This document shows positions 1 through 9,985 of a stretch of DNA of 64,000 bases, in pieces. The notes below the pieces were generated by a model that saw nothing but the letters and a program-made list of their open reading frames with translations, ran no database searches and was not told the origin of the DNA. This DNA comes from Raillietiella orientalis (Eukaryota): NCBI GenBank assembly GCA_036172245.1, contig JAYWIR010000005.1, positions 248,001-312,000 of the forward strand, given 5' to 3'. The position numbers and the translations under genes are program-made. Within the stretch, counting starts at the first letter, position 1, and each line of letters opens with the position of its first letter.

Positions 1-326
1 CTTCGGAAGGACCTCGGCGGGGCGTCCTCGGCCGACGAGGAAGCCGACGACGCGCACCTGCCGGGGGACAGGGGCGCTCGAATGACCCCGGCCTTGAGGC
101 AGAGGCTCCCTGGTCTACGGGACTCGTCGCCCTCGGCAACGACCCACTCATAGAGCTGTCCCCGGAGAGCTGCATCTGTAGCGCTCTCCAGGGGTCCACA
201 GTCCCGCGGGGGTCCCCCTCTCTCCTTCTTCCTCTTAGTCGAAAGCAGCTTTATTACTTCACAGGGCGGGGGGGGGGATGGCTTCAGGCAAGCGGACTGC
301 AGGCAAGGAGGAGGCGCGCCCACGGC

Positions 327-1024
327 CTACTCGTTCTTCTCCTGGCAGGAGAGGCAGAGGCAGTCCGCGGGCTCCTTGATTGCGACCTTCATGATGGATA
401 GGTGACCTTGCAGCTGAATCCCGTCAGGGTCGTAGCATCTGGTCAGCAGGAGGACACGCTTGCGCAGACCCGTTTCCCGACAACACGAGCACTCCTGGAA
501 GGAGGAAAGGCGTCGGCGCGCTCCCCTATGATCTCCCAGGTGAGTGGAGGTGAAGCGACCCGTGTGACCCTGGTTCGACCTGTGCGCGCGCCGCAGGGAA
601 GCGCGGGATCCCTGGGGCGGGAGCTCTCTCGGGCGGTCGTTGCCGGACGGTTGGGATCAAGCGGGAAGGGAGTGAAGGACCGCCCGAGGAGATTTGCCGA
701 CCGCGCCTACGGACTTTAGAGAATCCCGACGCCGCGTTGACGCTGGGCTGGATCTGGGAAGAGCAGGACCCCTCGCACTTGTTGACGGCGACGTCCGCCT
801 CGCAGCTGCGCTGAAGGATGCCGATATCGTTGTACTCTTCTGCAAGGAGGCGGAGTCAGGTCGCTCGCGGAGGCCAACTCGCCCCCGCCCGTACCTTTGG
901 TCACATGCACCGTCGTGGGCACCGTCTCGCACGTGGACTTCCTGATCTCCTCGAGCAGAGAGGAGGTCCGCGGCGGAGGCAGCAGCAGCAGCAGAAGCAG
1001 CGACCAGACGTCCGGCGGCGGCAT
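327..1024 (-). CDS. pburs: Bursicon beta subunit (partner of bursicon), cystine-knot neurohormone, 140 aa, 3 exons: 1024-895, 839-715, 494-327
   Basis: Spliced translation: MPPPDVWSLLLLLLLPPPRTSSLLEEIRKSTCETVPTTVHVTKEEYNDIGILQRSCEADVAVNKCEGSCSSQIQPSVNAASGFSKECSCCRETGLRKRVLLLTRCYDPDGIQLQGHLSIMKVAIKEPADCLCLSCQEKNE*. It has a hydrophobic signal peptide, 11 Cys and the bursicon-beta motifs VNKCEG.C, QPSV, CYDPDG and EPADC.C..C. GT-AG introns of 55 and 220 nt have consistent phases (423 nt total). Confidence 0.96.
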
Positions 1025-1744
1025 CCTCGGGCGCCAAATGGGGTCTGAGAGGGAGAACGACGCAGCTCGCGGGGTTTTTCTTCACGGCGGCGAGCCTGCG
1101 TGACCCCGGCGCCGGGGACTTCTCGCTGCGCGGCTGCGACTCCCCGGGCAGGTCCGTGATTGAATCCGGCGGCGCCGCTGGGCGGTCGCCCGGGAGAAGC
1201 GGCCACGGAGGCATACCTTCGGAGGGGCAGCGCGCGGGCGAAGGGGAGGAGGATAGAAAGGGGTCCCTCCCTCCTCCGGGAAAGTGTCCCCGTCCATTAT
1301 CGCCCCTCGCAGCCGCTGCCGATTGCCAGCCGACCCCCAGGAAGCCGGCAGCACCCGCAGCGCCGCACTTAGCGAAGGATCCGAGGATAGAGGGACGGCG
1401 GGATCTCGACATTCCGAGCAACTCCGGGAGCATCGACCCTCCCCGGAGGGACGTTCCTCCTCGCGATAAAGCCAACAACTCCTTCCTGGAGGAACATTCG
1501 AGAAGTTTTTCCCTCTCGGGGTCTCGGGTGGAGTGTTCGGAAGGACCTGGAACAACCTCCTCCCATTATTTCAGGCTGCGCACGGAAACGGAAGTCCCCT
1601 ACAAAGTCCCCAAGAGCCCTTAACAAGCGACCCGTCAAAAGAGTGCAATCTCCAGCAACGAGGCCGATGCGAAAAAGTCCCTGACATTAGGACCTCTTAA
1701 AACAGCCCCCCCCCCCTGCATCGAAAATTGGCGAGGCGCGAAGG

Positions 1745-1876
1745 TTTTCATCCGCTGCACAGTGTATTTTTAGACCTCATTGTTGGATGCCGTGCCGATC
1801 GCGCACGTTGACGTCACCCCGCGACGCTGGACTCGAGTCGGGTCAAGACGTTCTCCTCTTCGAAGCCTGGGGCTGA
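1745..1876. repeat. 132-bp dispersed direct repeat, copy 1 (copy 2 at 5723-5854)
   Basis: ttttcatccgctgcacag...cgaagcctggggctga is present twice, 3978 bp apart, with 5 mismatches counted by eye. Confidence 0.9.
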
Positions 1877-1899
1877 TGATGCACCCCGAACTGCCCTGC

Positions 1900-3400
1900 C
1901 CTGAGAAGACATCGGCTTCTGGAGCTGTTCTCGGGGACAAGGAATGCAGCACTAGCCCCAGACTTCCACAGGGATAGCGCCTTAAAACCTTCCCGCCCCG
2001 AGTCCGGCTTTGCGACGAGACGTGGAGGCGCGTGAGGAGGGCCGGTTTTAAGTGGCTCGCATGTGGGACAGCTCCAGGAAACCAAAGTCTCCAGAAAAGG
2101 GGACCATAAAGCCCCGACAAACGAAGCTTCGTGAATAGTTCGCAAGAAGAGTGTTTTCGTCCGATGGGAAGAAGAGAAGCAGACGAGTAGCTGTCGAAGA
2201 AGAACCAGAGACCACAATTACTTTGCCCTGCTCCTTTCTATCACCGCACACCGCAGGTGATTGCACGAGATTCAAGGATAGGAAGAGGCTGGATTTCACA
2301 ATCGAACAAAACAAATCGAACCACCACCGAGCAGCAGCTGCTTTCTTTCGAAGTTTCCCTCGGGGCAGCCAGCACTCTTCGGGGGGGAGGGGAAGAGAAG
2401 TTCTTGCCTGAAGGGTCTCAACCCATTCTCGAGGTTGCGGTGGGTGGGTGGTCAAGGCTGCTCGAATGTGCGGAAGGCTCGGCTCGTGGTTGAATCCACG
2501 AGCGCACCCCCTTCGTCTGTGCCCATTGCAGCCGCGGGAGGAACCACCAGACCTCGACTTGCGTAGCGAAGGCCCCATCAAATCCCAAAGAAGGTGTCGG
2601 CTGCTGTTGGCAGCAGGGCGGTGGCAACCACGATTGCGTTTGGAGCCTGCTAAGGAGTGTACAGTCGACTTGCCTGCCGGAGCAACCGGCTCTGGAGACG
2701 GGCGGCGTCCGAGAGCCAGGACAGAGTCGTCGACTTGCCTCCCGGAGTTCCGACGTTGGATCGAACCGAACGGGTTGCAAAAAGGTTTTCAGCTGCCTCT
2801 GTGCTTCCGGAAGTCCAGATGCCACTGCACTGGGCGATGCGGCATGAGGTCCTCTGCTGAGCTCACGTCGTATTGGGTGAAGATCCGGCGGGAGGCCCCC
2901 GGTCATTCCTCGCTGCTAAGGAGGCTAAGCAGAGTTCTCGGCGGACCGCTAACTCGTTCTTCCCACCAATTCCTCTCCGATAGCCATCCTCAGGCCAGAC
3001 GAAGGGGAAATGTGAAGTTCAGGCGTGAAAGCACGGGCTCCGCATCGTCATTGCGTCTCCCGATGCAGCATCAGGAACGCGGCGAGAATTGATATGTGCA
3101 GCTAACGTGATGAGACTGGAGATGAGATGGACCATCCGGTAGCAGACATCATCCGGTGAGGCGGACACTCGAAATCAGACGATCCACTATCCCTCACTGC
3201 CGTAGTCCTACCTGAGGAGCCGCTGGGCTGTGCCGCGGGAGGCGAAGCGGAACGCTGGGTCGGCCAGTGCTGGAGGCCGTCGGCAGCGCAGCCCGCAGCG
3301 GCGCACGTGGTCTCGCGAGGTGGGCGGCTCGTCGCTGCACCACTCGGGGAGCGAGTAATGGATTTCCTCCTTGAAATTCGAGTGGCTAACAAACGGGGAG
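1900..3400 (-). mobile_element. Highly degenerate L1/Tx1-type LINE ORF2 (reverse transcriptase region)
   Basis: Broken minus-strand frames give eroded RT motifs in the expected order: an SPG.DG-like segment near 2990, HRPVQWHLDFR (cf. WRPISLLN.DYK) near 2830, NGH..RG near 2500 and a YADD-like segment near 2250. Boundaries are approximate. Confidence 0.45.
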
Positions 3401-3774
3401 GCCGAGAGGCTACGTCAGCGGCCTCCCAGATGGCAGGCATCAAAGGCAAGACTCTACCTCGACTGACGGGAGGCGTCTGGAGACGTGCAGGGCATCACAA
3501 AACCCGAGAAGGAAGTTCCTCGAACGAGCAGCAGAGAGATGATTCGCCTGCGGCCTCCATTCCGGCTTGCGCTGATATGAAGATGTACGGAGGCTGTTTC
3601 CTCTGGATTATCCTCATCCCGCGACTCCTTCCACCCGGAAAACGCCCTGAAGCACCCGTTACCACGATGCATGGAGACGCGGTCGAGTCCTCGAGCTACG
3701 CGATTCGAACGCCCGGGTCCGCCTTGTGGTCGATCACCCTGTGGAGGTCTGCGATTTGAATCCTCGCTGGCACC

Positions 3775-4620
3775 CTGGTGGCTGCGGTCTCCGCGCGTGG
3801 CACTGAATATCGCGGGTTCGAATCCCCACGTCGACGGCGAGAATTGGGGATGCATCGCAGGTTTCGAGTCCCCCCCGCAGGATGGTTGTCCTATTCGGGT
3901 GTGGCACCGGTAGAAGCCGGAAACCGGATGCTCCCCATTGACTGGCTGGGATTGGAAGTTGAACTCCGGGGTCCCTCCAGGAATCAAGGAGCCCTTCGAG
4001 GTTCCCCTTCGGTTGTTGAAAAGGGAGCTGTCCTCCTCCTCAGGGAGGACCCTCCGTCGAGTTCCGTGGAGCTGGTTGATATCCCCCTCTGGGGCTTCAT
4101 GGTGTCTCCTCCACTACAGGAACCTCCTTTTTCCCTCCTCTCCAGAGAGTCAAGAAGCATGCTGCTTCCTTTGGGGAACGCCCTTCAGAGAAATTGGAAA
4201 GCGTTCCTTCGGAATTCTCTTCTGAGGAGGAGCGAAACAAAGAGCAGCCCCCTTGCGGTGCCCTGGTGCCCTCTGGAGAAGAAATTCCAGGAGCGGATCC
4301 TTTCCGGGTTCACGTCGGAGATGAAACGAGGAGCGACCTCCACAAACCGGGGAATCCCCTCAGGGAGAATGAGGAAAATTAGAGGTGGCTCCTTTCGGGG
4401 TTATCTTCGGAGACAACCTGGGCTAGGGTTCCCTTTGGGATTCCCTCCCAAAGCATAAGAGAAGAGGACCCCTTCTTGCGGAGCCTTCCTGTACTCATAG
4501 GGTGTGGTACCCTACCGTGGTACCCCCTAACTTTGAAAAAGTCACACGCGCCCTCGGGTGATGTGGACAATGAGAAAGAGCTTCGTGTCCTCCGCCCTTT
4601 CCCCAAGGATGAGAACGGTT
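3775..4620 (+). repeat. Unclassified dispersed repeat family X, longest copy (tRNA-like head plus GFPSE-type internal repeats)
   Basis: Shares the head (gtggctgcggtctccgcgcgtggc...ggttcgaat) and the body (aaattccaggagcggatcctttc) with copies at 44880-45420(-), 46490-47245(-), 50430-50780(+), 53280-53740(-) and a 3' piece at 14340-14500(+). Confidence 0.7.
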
Positions 4621-4794
4621 CTTCGGCACCTGGAGAAAAAAAAAATTCTCCGGAGTGTTGACGAGGGCCTCGTCGTCTTCGTCGCTCGTCGACATCCCTG
4701 GGAAGATGTGCACGACCAGCTTCTTCTTCTTCGAAGCGCCACGTGGAAGGGGCTTCGTGGGTTCGCCTCCGAGCGGGCTGGGCCGCAGCCGTGA

Positions 4795-5700
4795 TTGGTT
4801 TACCACCCGGTCACGCCGGGGCGTTTATTATAAAATAAAATACACATACAGGTGTAGGACCATCGGTCTTACAACGTCCGAAACTGCTCGGAACCTGCCG
4901 AGTGACCGGCACGCAGACCGGCAAGGTTCGCCTCAGCAACGGAGGAGGAAGGAGACAAATACAAAAAATTGGGAGGGTTAGCGAAGGCATCACCGGGTGC
5001 TGCAGAGCGTCCTCTGCATCCTTTCCAGGATGCCTGCTAGTTCCATCCGAGTATGCTCCAGGTGGGGCCATCTAGCTGCCGTCCGCAGGAAGCGCAGGGC
5101 GAAGGGCAGATGGCGCCCCTATCGTGCCGCATCCTCCTCTCGAGCCGCCACAATCCCGCGTAGGCAGCAAAGAGCTGCTGGGGCTGCAGCAGGCGAAAGG
5201 GCATCGCTCACGAAGAGGCGTCCCTGTGATTGTCCGTCGGTACGCCAAGGATCGTTGCGTAATGCAACCACAGGGGCCGGAGGGCAACACAGTCTACAAG
5301 CAGGTGAGGGAGCTGGAATTGCCGCTCCCCGCATCTGCAACAGTTGGGGGGTCCACAGCGCCTCAGGTCCAGCGAGAGCAGCGGGCGTTGCACGGGGTGC
5401 TCCAGTGCAACAGCAGAAGTATCGACCCCTCTCATTTCAGGGGGAGGGCCCGATTGTTCTTCAGCTCTGGGAGCCACTCGAGGTCTTCCTGTGGGATTCC
5501 CAGCAGCTCACTCCAATGTAATAGTCCCTTCGGTGGGGCACTTGGGGTCGCAGCGTCCGTGAGCTGGCCCGTGGTCCAATCACTAATTCCTTCGCTCTTC
5601 CTCCGATCTCACATCGGACCTCCCATTTGGCCGGCTGGTTACTGCCCAAGTGCTCCCTGAGGGAGAGCAGCGCCGCAGCTAAGGAGGTCCTTTCCGCCGA
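4795..5700 (-). mobile_element. 5'-truncated L1/Tx1 LINE 3' end (zf-RVT C-terminal domain plus 3'UTR)
   Basis: Encodes PNCCRCGERQFQLPHLLVDCVALRPLW (CxxC...H...C zf-RVT pattern). The 3'UTR with AATAAA and GC-rich tail is shared with the copies at 7338, 48949 and 55190. Confidence 0.75.
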
Positions 5701-5722
5701 CGCACATGTGGGGGGATGCTGC

Positions 5723-5854
5723 TTTTCATCCGCTGCACAGTGTATTTTTAGACCGCATTGTTGGATGCCGTGCCGATAGCGCACGTTGACGTCACCTCGC
5801 GACGCTGGACTCGAGACGGGTCAAGACGCTCTCCTCTTCGAAGCCTGGGGCTGA
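5723..5854. repeat. 132-bp dispersed direct repeat, copy 2
   Basis: About 96% identical to 1745-1876. Confidence 0.9.
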
Positions 5855-6737
5855 AGAAACTCCCAGAGCGGTCTCCTGCTGGGAGTCGTCCACGTGGGAA
5901 GAACAGAGGTGGCACGCGCGCACCAGCGGTCGGAGCAGCTGTCACGTTACCGCTCGACGCATGCACGCTCCGCCCACTCCTGGAAAGCCGAAACAGCCAA
6001 TGGACTGATCTTCCCCTTCCCCCCGAACGGCCCACCGTGGTGCCAACCGAAATGCCCAAGACGGAAGCCTTTCTTCGCGGAAAGCCAAGGTCAACCGAGC
6101 ACTGGAGGGTCACTTGTCCAGCCCAGTGCAGCGGCGCTTCTCTGAGGGGAAAGAACTCGTCAGCAGCCCACACAATGACGACTTCCCCCCCCCCCCCCCC
6201 CCCTCCATCCATCCTCGAGGAAGTGGGGGCAACAAACAGGGACTCCAGGGCGGGACAAAAAACAGGAGCCGCGTCTTCGCAACACGCGATCTCACGATTC
6301 GAACGACGTGCACGCGCAAGAAAAGGAGCAAGAAAGTGAGCAATAAAAGGAGGGACCCCTCGCCTTCGTCCCCTCGAGGTCTCCCGAAGCTCCGCCGCTT
6401 CTCCTGCCACTTCCGTTTGGTTTGGCATCAACGCGTGACGCTCGGCGCCTCTCGCTCGCGGCGAAGCGGCCGCACGACACGTCGCATCACGCCGGCTGCG
6501 ATAAAACGCTCCCACCAAAGGTGGAGCCACAGACGGCACTTTTTGCAGGCTCTTTGGATGAGCGTTGGTGGCGTTGGAAGAAGACCCCAACGGAAGACCC
6601 GAGAAATGGAGCAGAAAGCAGGATGGAGCTGAGCGCCTCGGGAGCTGCCACGCGGGTGAGCGCGCACCGCACCGGACCGCACTCTTCGGCATCACCTTTT
6701 GTTCCTTGGCGCATGGATGCCTCGGGAAATCTTGCAT

Positions 6738-6878
6738 GCTCCTCCTCGTCCCTTCCTTCTCCTCTTTCTCCCATCCCTCTCCTCCTCTCTTCCCTTCCCT
6801 TCCTCCTCCCTCTCCCCTCCTCCTCTTCCTCCTCCTCTTTCTCCTTTCGTCCTCTTCCTCCTCCCTTCCTCCTCCCAG
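6738..6878. repeat. Polypyrimidine low-complexity tract (CCT/CTT-rich)
   Basis: Almost pure C/T run. Similar tracts occur at about 10855-10972 and 53995-54143. Confidence 0.9.
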
Positions 6879-7337
6879 AGCGCACTTACACACATCCTCC
6901 GGGCGCGGGCGTTATCAGAACCAGTCCTGTCCAACTCTGGTGTGCACCGTGTCCTGTCCTCCGGACTTCCGAACTGGCCAAATCCTTGTGCCACAGCGTA
7001 GCTTATGGGGCCACTGACCGCTCCTCGAAGATCTTCCCAGAGATCTGTCGAATTGGCAGCACGAATCGGAGACACCCGGGATTCGAGCCGTGCGGAAAAG
7101 TCACTCATCGGGTCCCCATCGAGGAGTGCATACCGCTTGATGACAGGCAGGCGGGATGCACGATGTCGATGGAGGCCTTCTGGGCATCAGCTGATCACGA
7201 AAGGGCAGCGGTCACTAACGAAGATGGAAACGGCTCAAGGAAGAAGCATCGGTGTGCCACGGGGACGTTGCCGGATGCTTAAGCACCTCCCTCCCGTCGC
7301 AGACTCGGATGAGAATCCGAGGAGAATCCCGGAAAGG

Positions 7338-8400
7338 CTAGTTCACACCCGGTCACGCCGGAGCGTTTATTTATAAAAAATAAACAAACACGTCTGTGGC
7401 AGGACGTTTGGTCCTGACCCACGTTACTTAACTACGAGGAGGAACTGGAACTGGCACGCAGGTCAGCGGGGTTCACCTCGACAGCAGAGGGGGAGGGAAA
7501 TAAAACAAAAAAATACATACGAAAAAAATTGAGAGGGTTTGGGAAGGAGTTAGAGGCTGCTGGAGGGCGTCCTCTGCATCCTTGTAACGATGCCGGCAAG
7601 TTCCTGTTTCAGGACTCCCAAATGGGGTCATCTTGACTCTGTCCTCATGAAGCAGAATAGATGGCGTCCATGTCGTCCTGGTCTCCTCGGGCGTTGTTGC
7701 TCCATGAAGCCACGGTCCCGCCGCGTAGGCAGCAAAGTGCTGCTAGAGATGAGGCCGGCATGAGGGCGTCGTGCAGGAAGAGGCGCCTTACAACGTTTCT
7801 GGAGTTGGCTCCGAGGGATCCAAGGATAGCGGCAAAGCATCCCGAAAGGGGTCGGAGGGCAACACAGTCCACTAGGTGGAGCGGGAGGGATTCCTGCTCC
7901 CTGCTCCTTGCACAGTTTGGATCGACACACCCTCGTGTCCAATGATGCCGGTGGGCGTTGCACGGGAGGCCCCAGTGCAGCAGCATCAACGCCGATTGCT
8001 GCCACTTTAAAAACAGGGTGCGGATGTTCGTGAGCACCACGGCCACTGCAGGTCTTCCTTCGGAATACCCAGCAGCACGCCCCAGCGCAAAAGTCCATGT
8101 TGTCGAGCACTCGGGGTCGCAGCGTTAGTAAGCTGGCCCGTAGTCCACTCGTCCAGCACTCTTCTCCTTCCGGAGATTTCTACAGTAACCTCCCATCTAG
8201 TCACGAGGCTGCTGCCCATATACTCCTTAAGGGAGAGCAGCCCGGTGGCCCGGTGAGGGAGGTTCTGCTTGCCCACGCACTCTTCGCGGAAGGCTGGTGG
8301 AGACCGTTGCGTTCCACGGCGTGAGCGAGCTGCCTGGTCGTATGGAAGTTCCTGGAGCTCCTGGTAGGTGGAGCGCGCCCAAACTGGCAGCATTGAACCC
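7338..8400 (-). mobile_element. 5'-truncated L1/Tx1 LINE 3' end (zf-RVT domain plus 3'UTR ending in hairpin-CTAG)
   Basis: ORF 7645-8046 reads LLHWGLPCNAHRHHW...DPNCARSREQESLPLHLVDCVALRP (zf-RVT-like). Closely similar to the plus-strand copy at about 54190-55190. Confidence 0.8.
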
Positions 8401-9960
8401 TCCTCAGAACCCATCACGGTCCCGAACGAGCACCTTTGACAAGCGGAAGGCTGCTCCTTGGTGGGAGGATCCGGGCTCTCGGGACGGATATGCTGCAAGG
8501 CACGGGATGCTTGGGTTCCCCGGAAGAGAGGAACTGCCTCCCTCCCCTCCGTGCCCAGAACCTGTATCGCAGCGTGTGGACTCCCGATGTTCGGTATCGG
8601 GGGGAAGAAGGGTTGGTCTCATGGGGGAAGAGCGAGGATCCAGAGAAGCGAAGCGGATGAATCCAGGAAGATGGGTTCCCCCAGCCGGCGCACCCTGCCG
8701 AGGAAGCGTTCCAGGAATCGACTCGTGCCGGTCATCCTGGCGTGCGAAAGGAACAGACGGGATTGTGTCCTTTCCCAGAGATCCCCGTGTCCTTGCGGTC
8801 CGTGGGTGGTCCTCACCCGAAGGTCATCCTCGGCGATTGCCTTTTAATGGGCGCTGAAGAGACGCAGAGAGCCAGGAAAACATGCGGACGCCGCTCCGCC
8901 GAAGAACACTGAGCTACAGGAAGGAGGAGGAGAACCCCCGGGGTCCAGGGAGCACCACCCACCTGCAGCAACGGGCGACTAGCCTCACGATATCTTCTTT
9001 GCCCAATGAGGAAGCACTTGCACGCTAGCACTTCCATGGCGACCTCCCACCCACCGCCGCAAGAGGCGAGTGACGGAGCGCGCTTTTCCCAGCCGATCCA
9101 AGGAGTGGCAGACGGTGGGAGGGAGGGCATGCAGAGCTCCCTGCCGGAATCCCTGGAAGTCGAGGACACGAACAAGAAGAATTTTTTTTTTTTTCTCCCC
9201 CTCCTGCATCGCGTCGGACCGCATCGTACTGAGCTGTCACGTCGGGTCGAAGTGCCGTACGAGCCCCCGGGTCGAAGCGGATCCCAAGAGACCGTTTCCA
9301 TGCCAGCCGCGTCATTCCGTCATCCTGGCAGCGACAGAGGAGTCTCTGTTTTTTTTTTTTTCTAAAAAAAAAGATGCACAGAGATGAGCATTTCCGTTCC
9401 GACTTGAAAAAAACCTCAGACACGATGTACAAAGCATTCCTCGTGTACGTGTACGGATTCCTCGGAGGCAAAGCTTGGTTCATATATCCACATCGGTTCG
9501 GGACGTGCCTACCGCGGCTACGGAGGCTGTTGCGGGAGCCCTCGCAGGGCATGAGCTCGTTCCCCGGGAAACGAGAGACCTTCACACGTTCAGCTGCGAT
9601 ACCGTTGCTGGGGACGACGGCCGCGCTGCCGGGAGGGCAGTCTGCGTGGCCGTGCCTCGGACATGGTGCACCCTCGGCGAACGCCCTTCCCCCCAGCTCT
9701 CTCTTCCCTTCGGACTCGAGTCGGGATTCCCCACCGCTTCGAATCCTCACCCTCCCTTTCTCCCCGGGATTACTCCCGTTGCCCAGTGACCAGTCCGGAA
9801 GTACAGAGACCCTGCGGGACCGAGCGCTTCGCGAGGGACTCACGTCGGCGCTCGCGCACGCGTCCGTTCCTTCCAACCTCAGACGTGGCGCCACGCGCCG
9901 GCGGGAGTTCACCAAAACTTCCCCCCTCCTCGGCAGCCGGTCCTTCGGCCAGCGGCGCAG

Positions 9961-9966
9961 TCAGTC
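9961..9966 (+). promoter_or_regulatory. Candidate arthropod initiator (TCAGTC) for bursicon alpha
   Basis: Matches the TCAKTY consensus 25 nt upstream of the ATG at 9986. It is a short motif with no transcript support. Confidence 0.35.
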
Positions 9967-9985
9967 GTCGATCCGGCCGCAGACG

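Noticed and set aside
1745..5854. LTR retrotransposon bounded by the 132-bp repeats
   Set aside because: No TG..CA ends, PBS, PPT or TSD; the interior is a mosaic of LINE and other repeat fragments.
5748..6893. 381-aa and overlapping long ORFs
   Set aside because: Driven by low-complexity C/T tracts and high GC; no recognisable domain.
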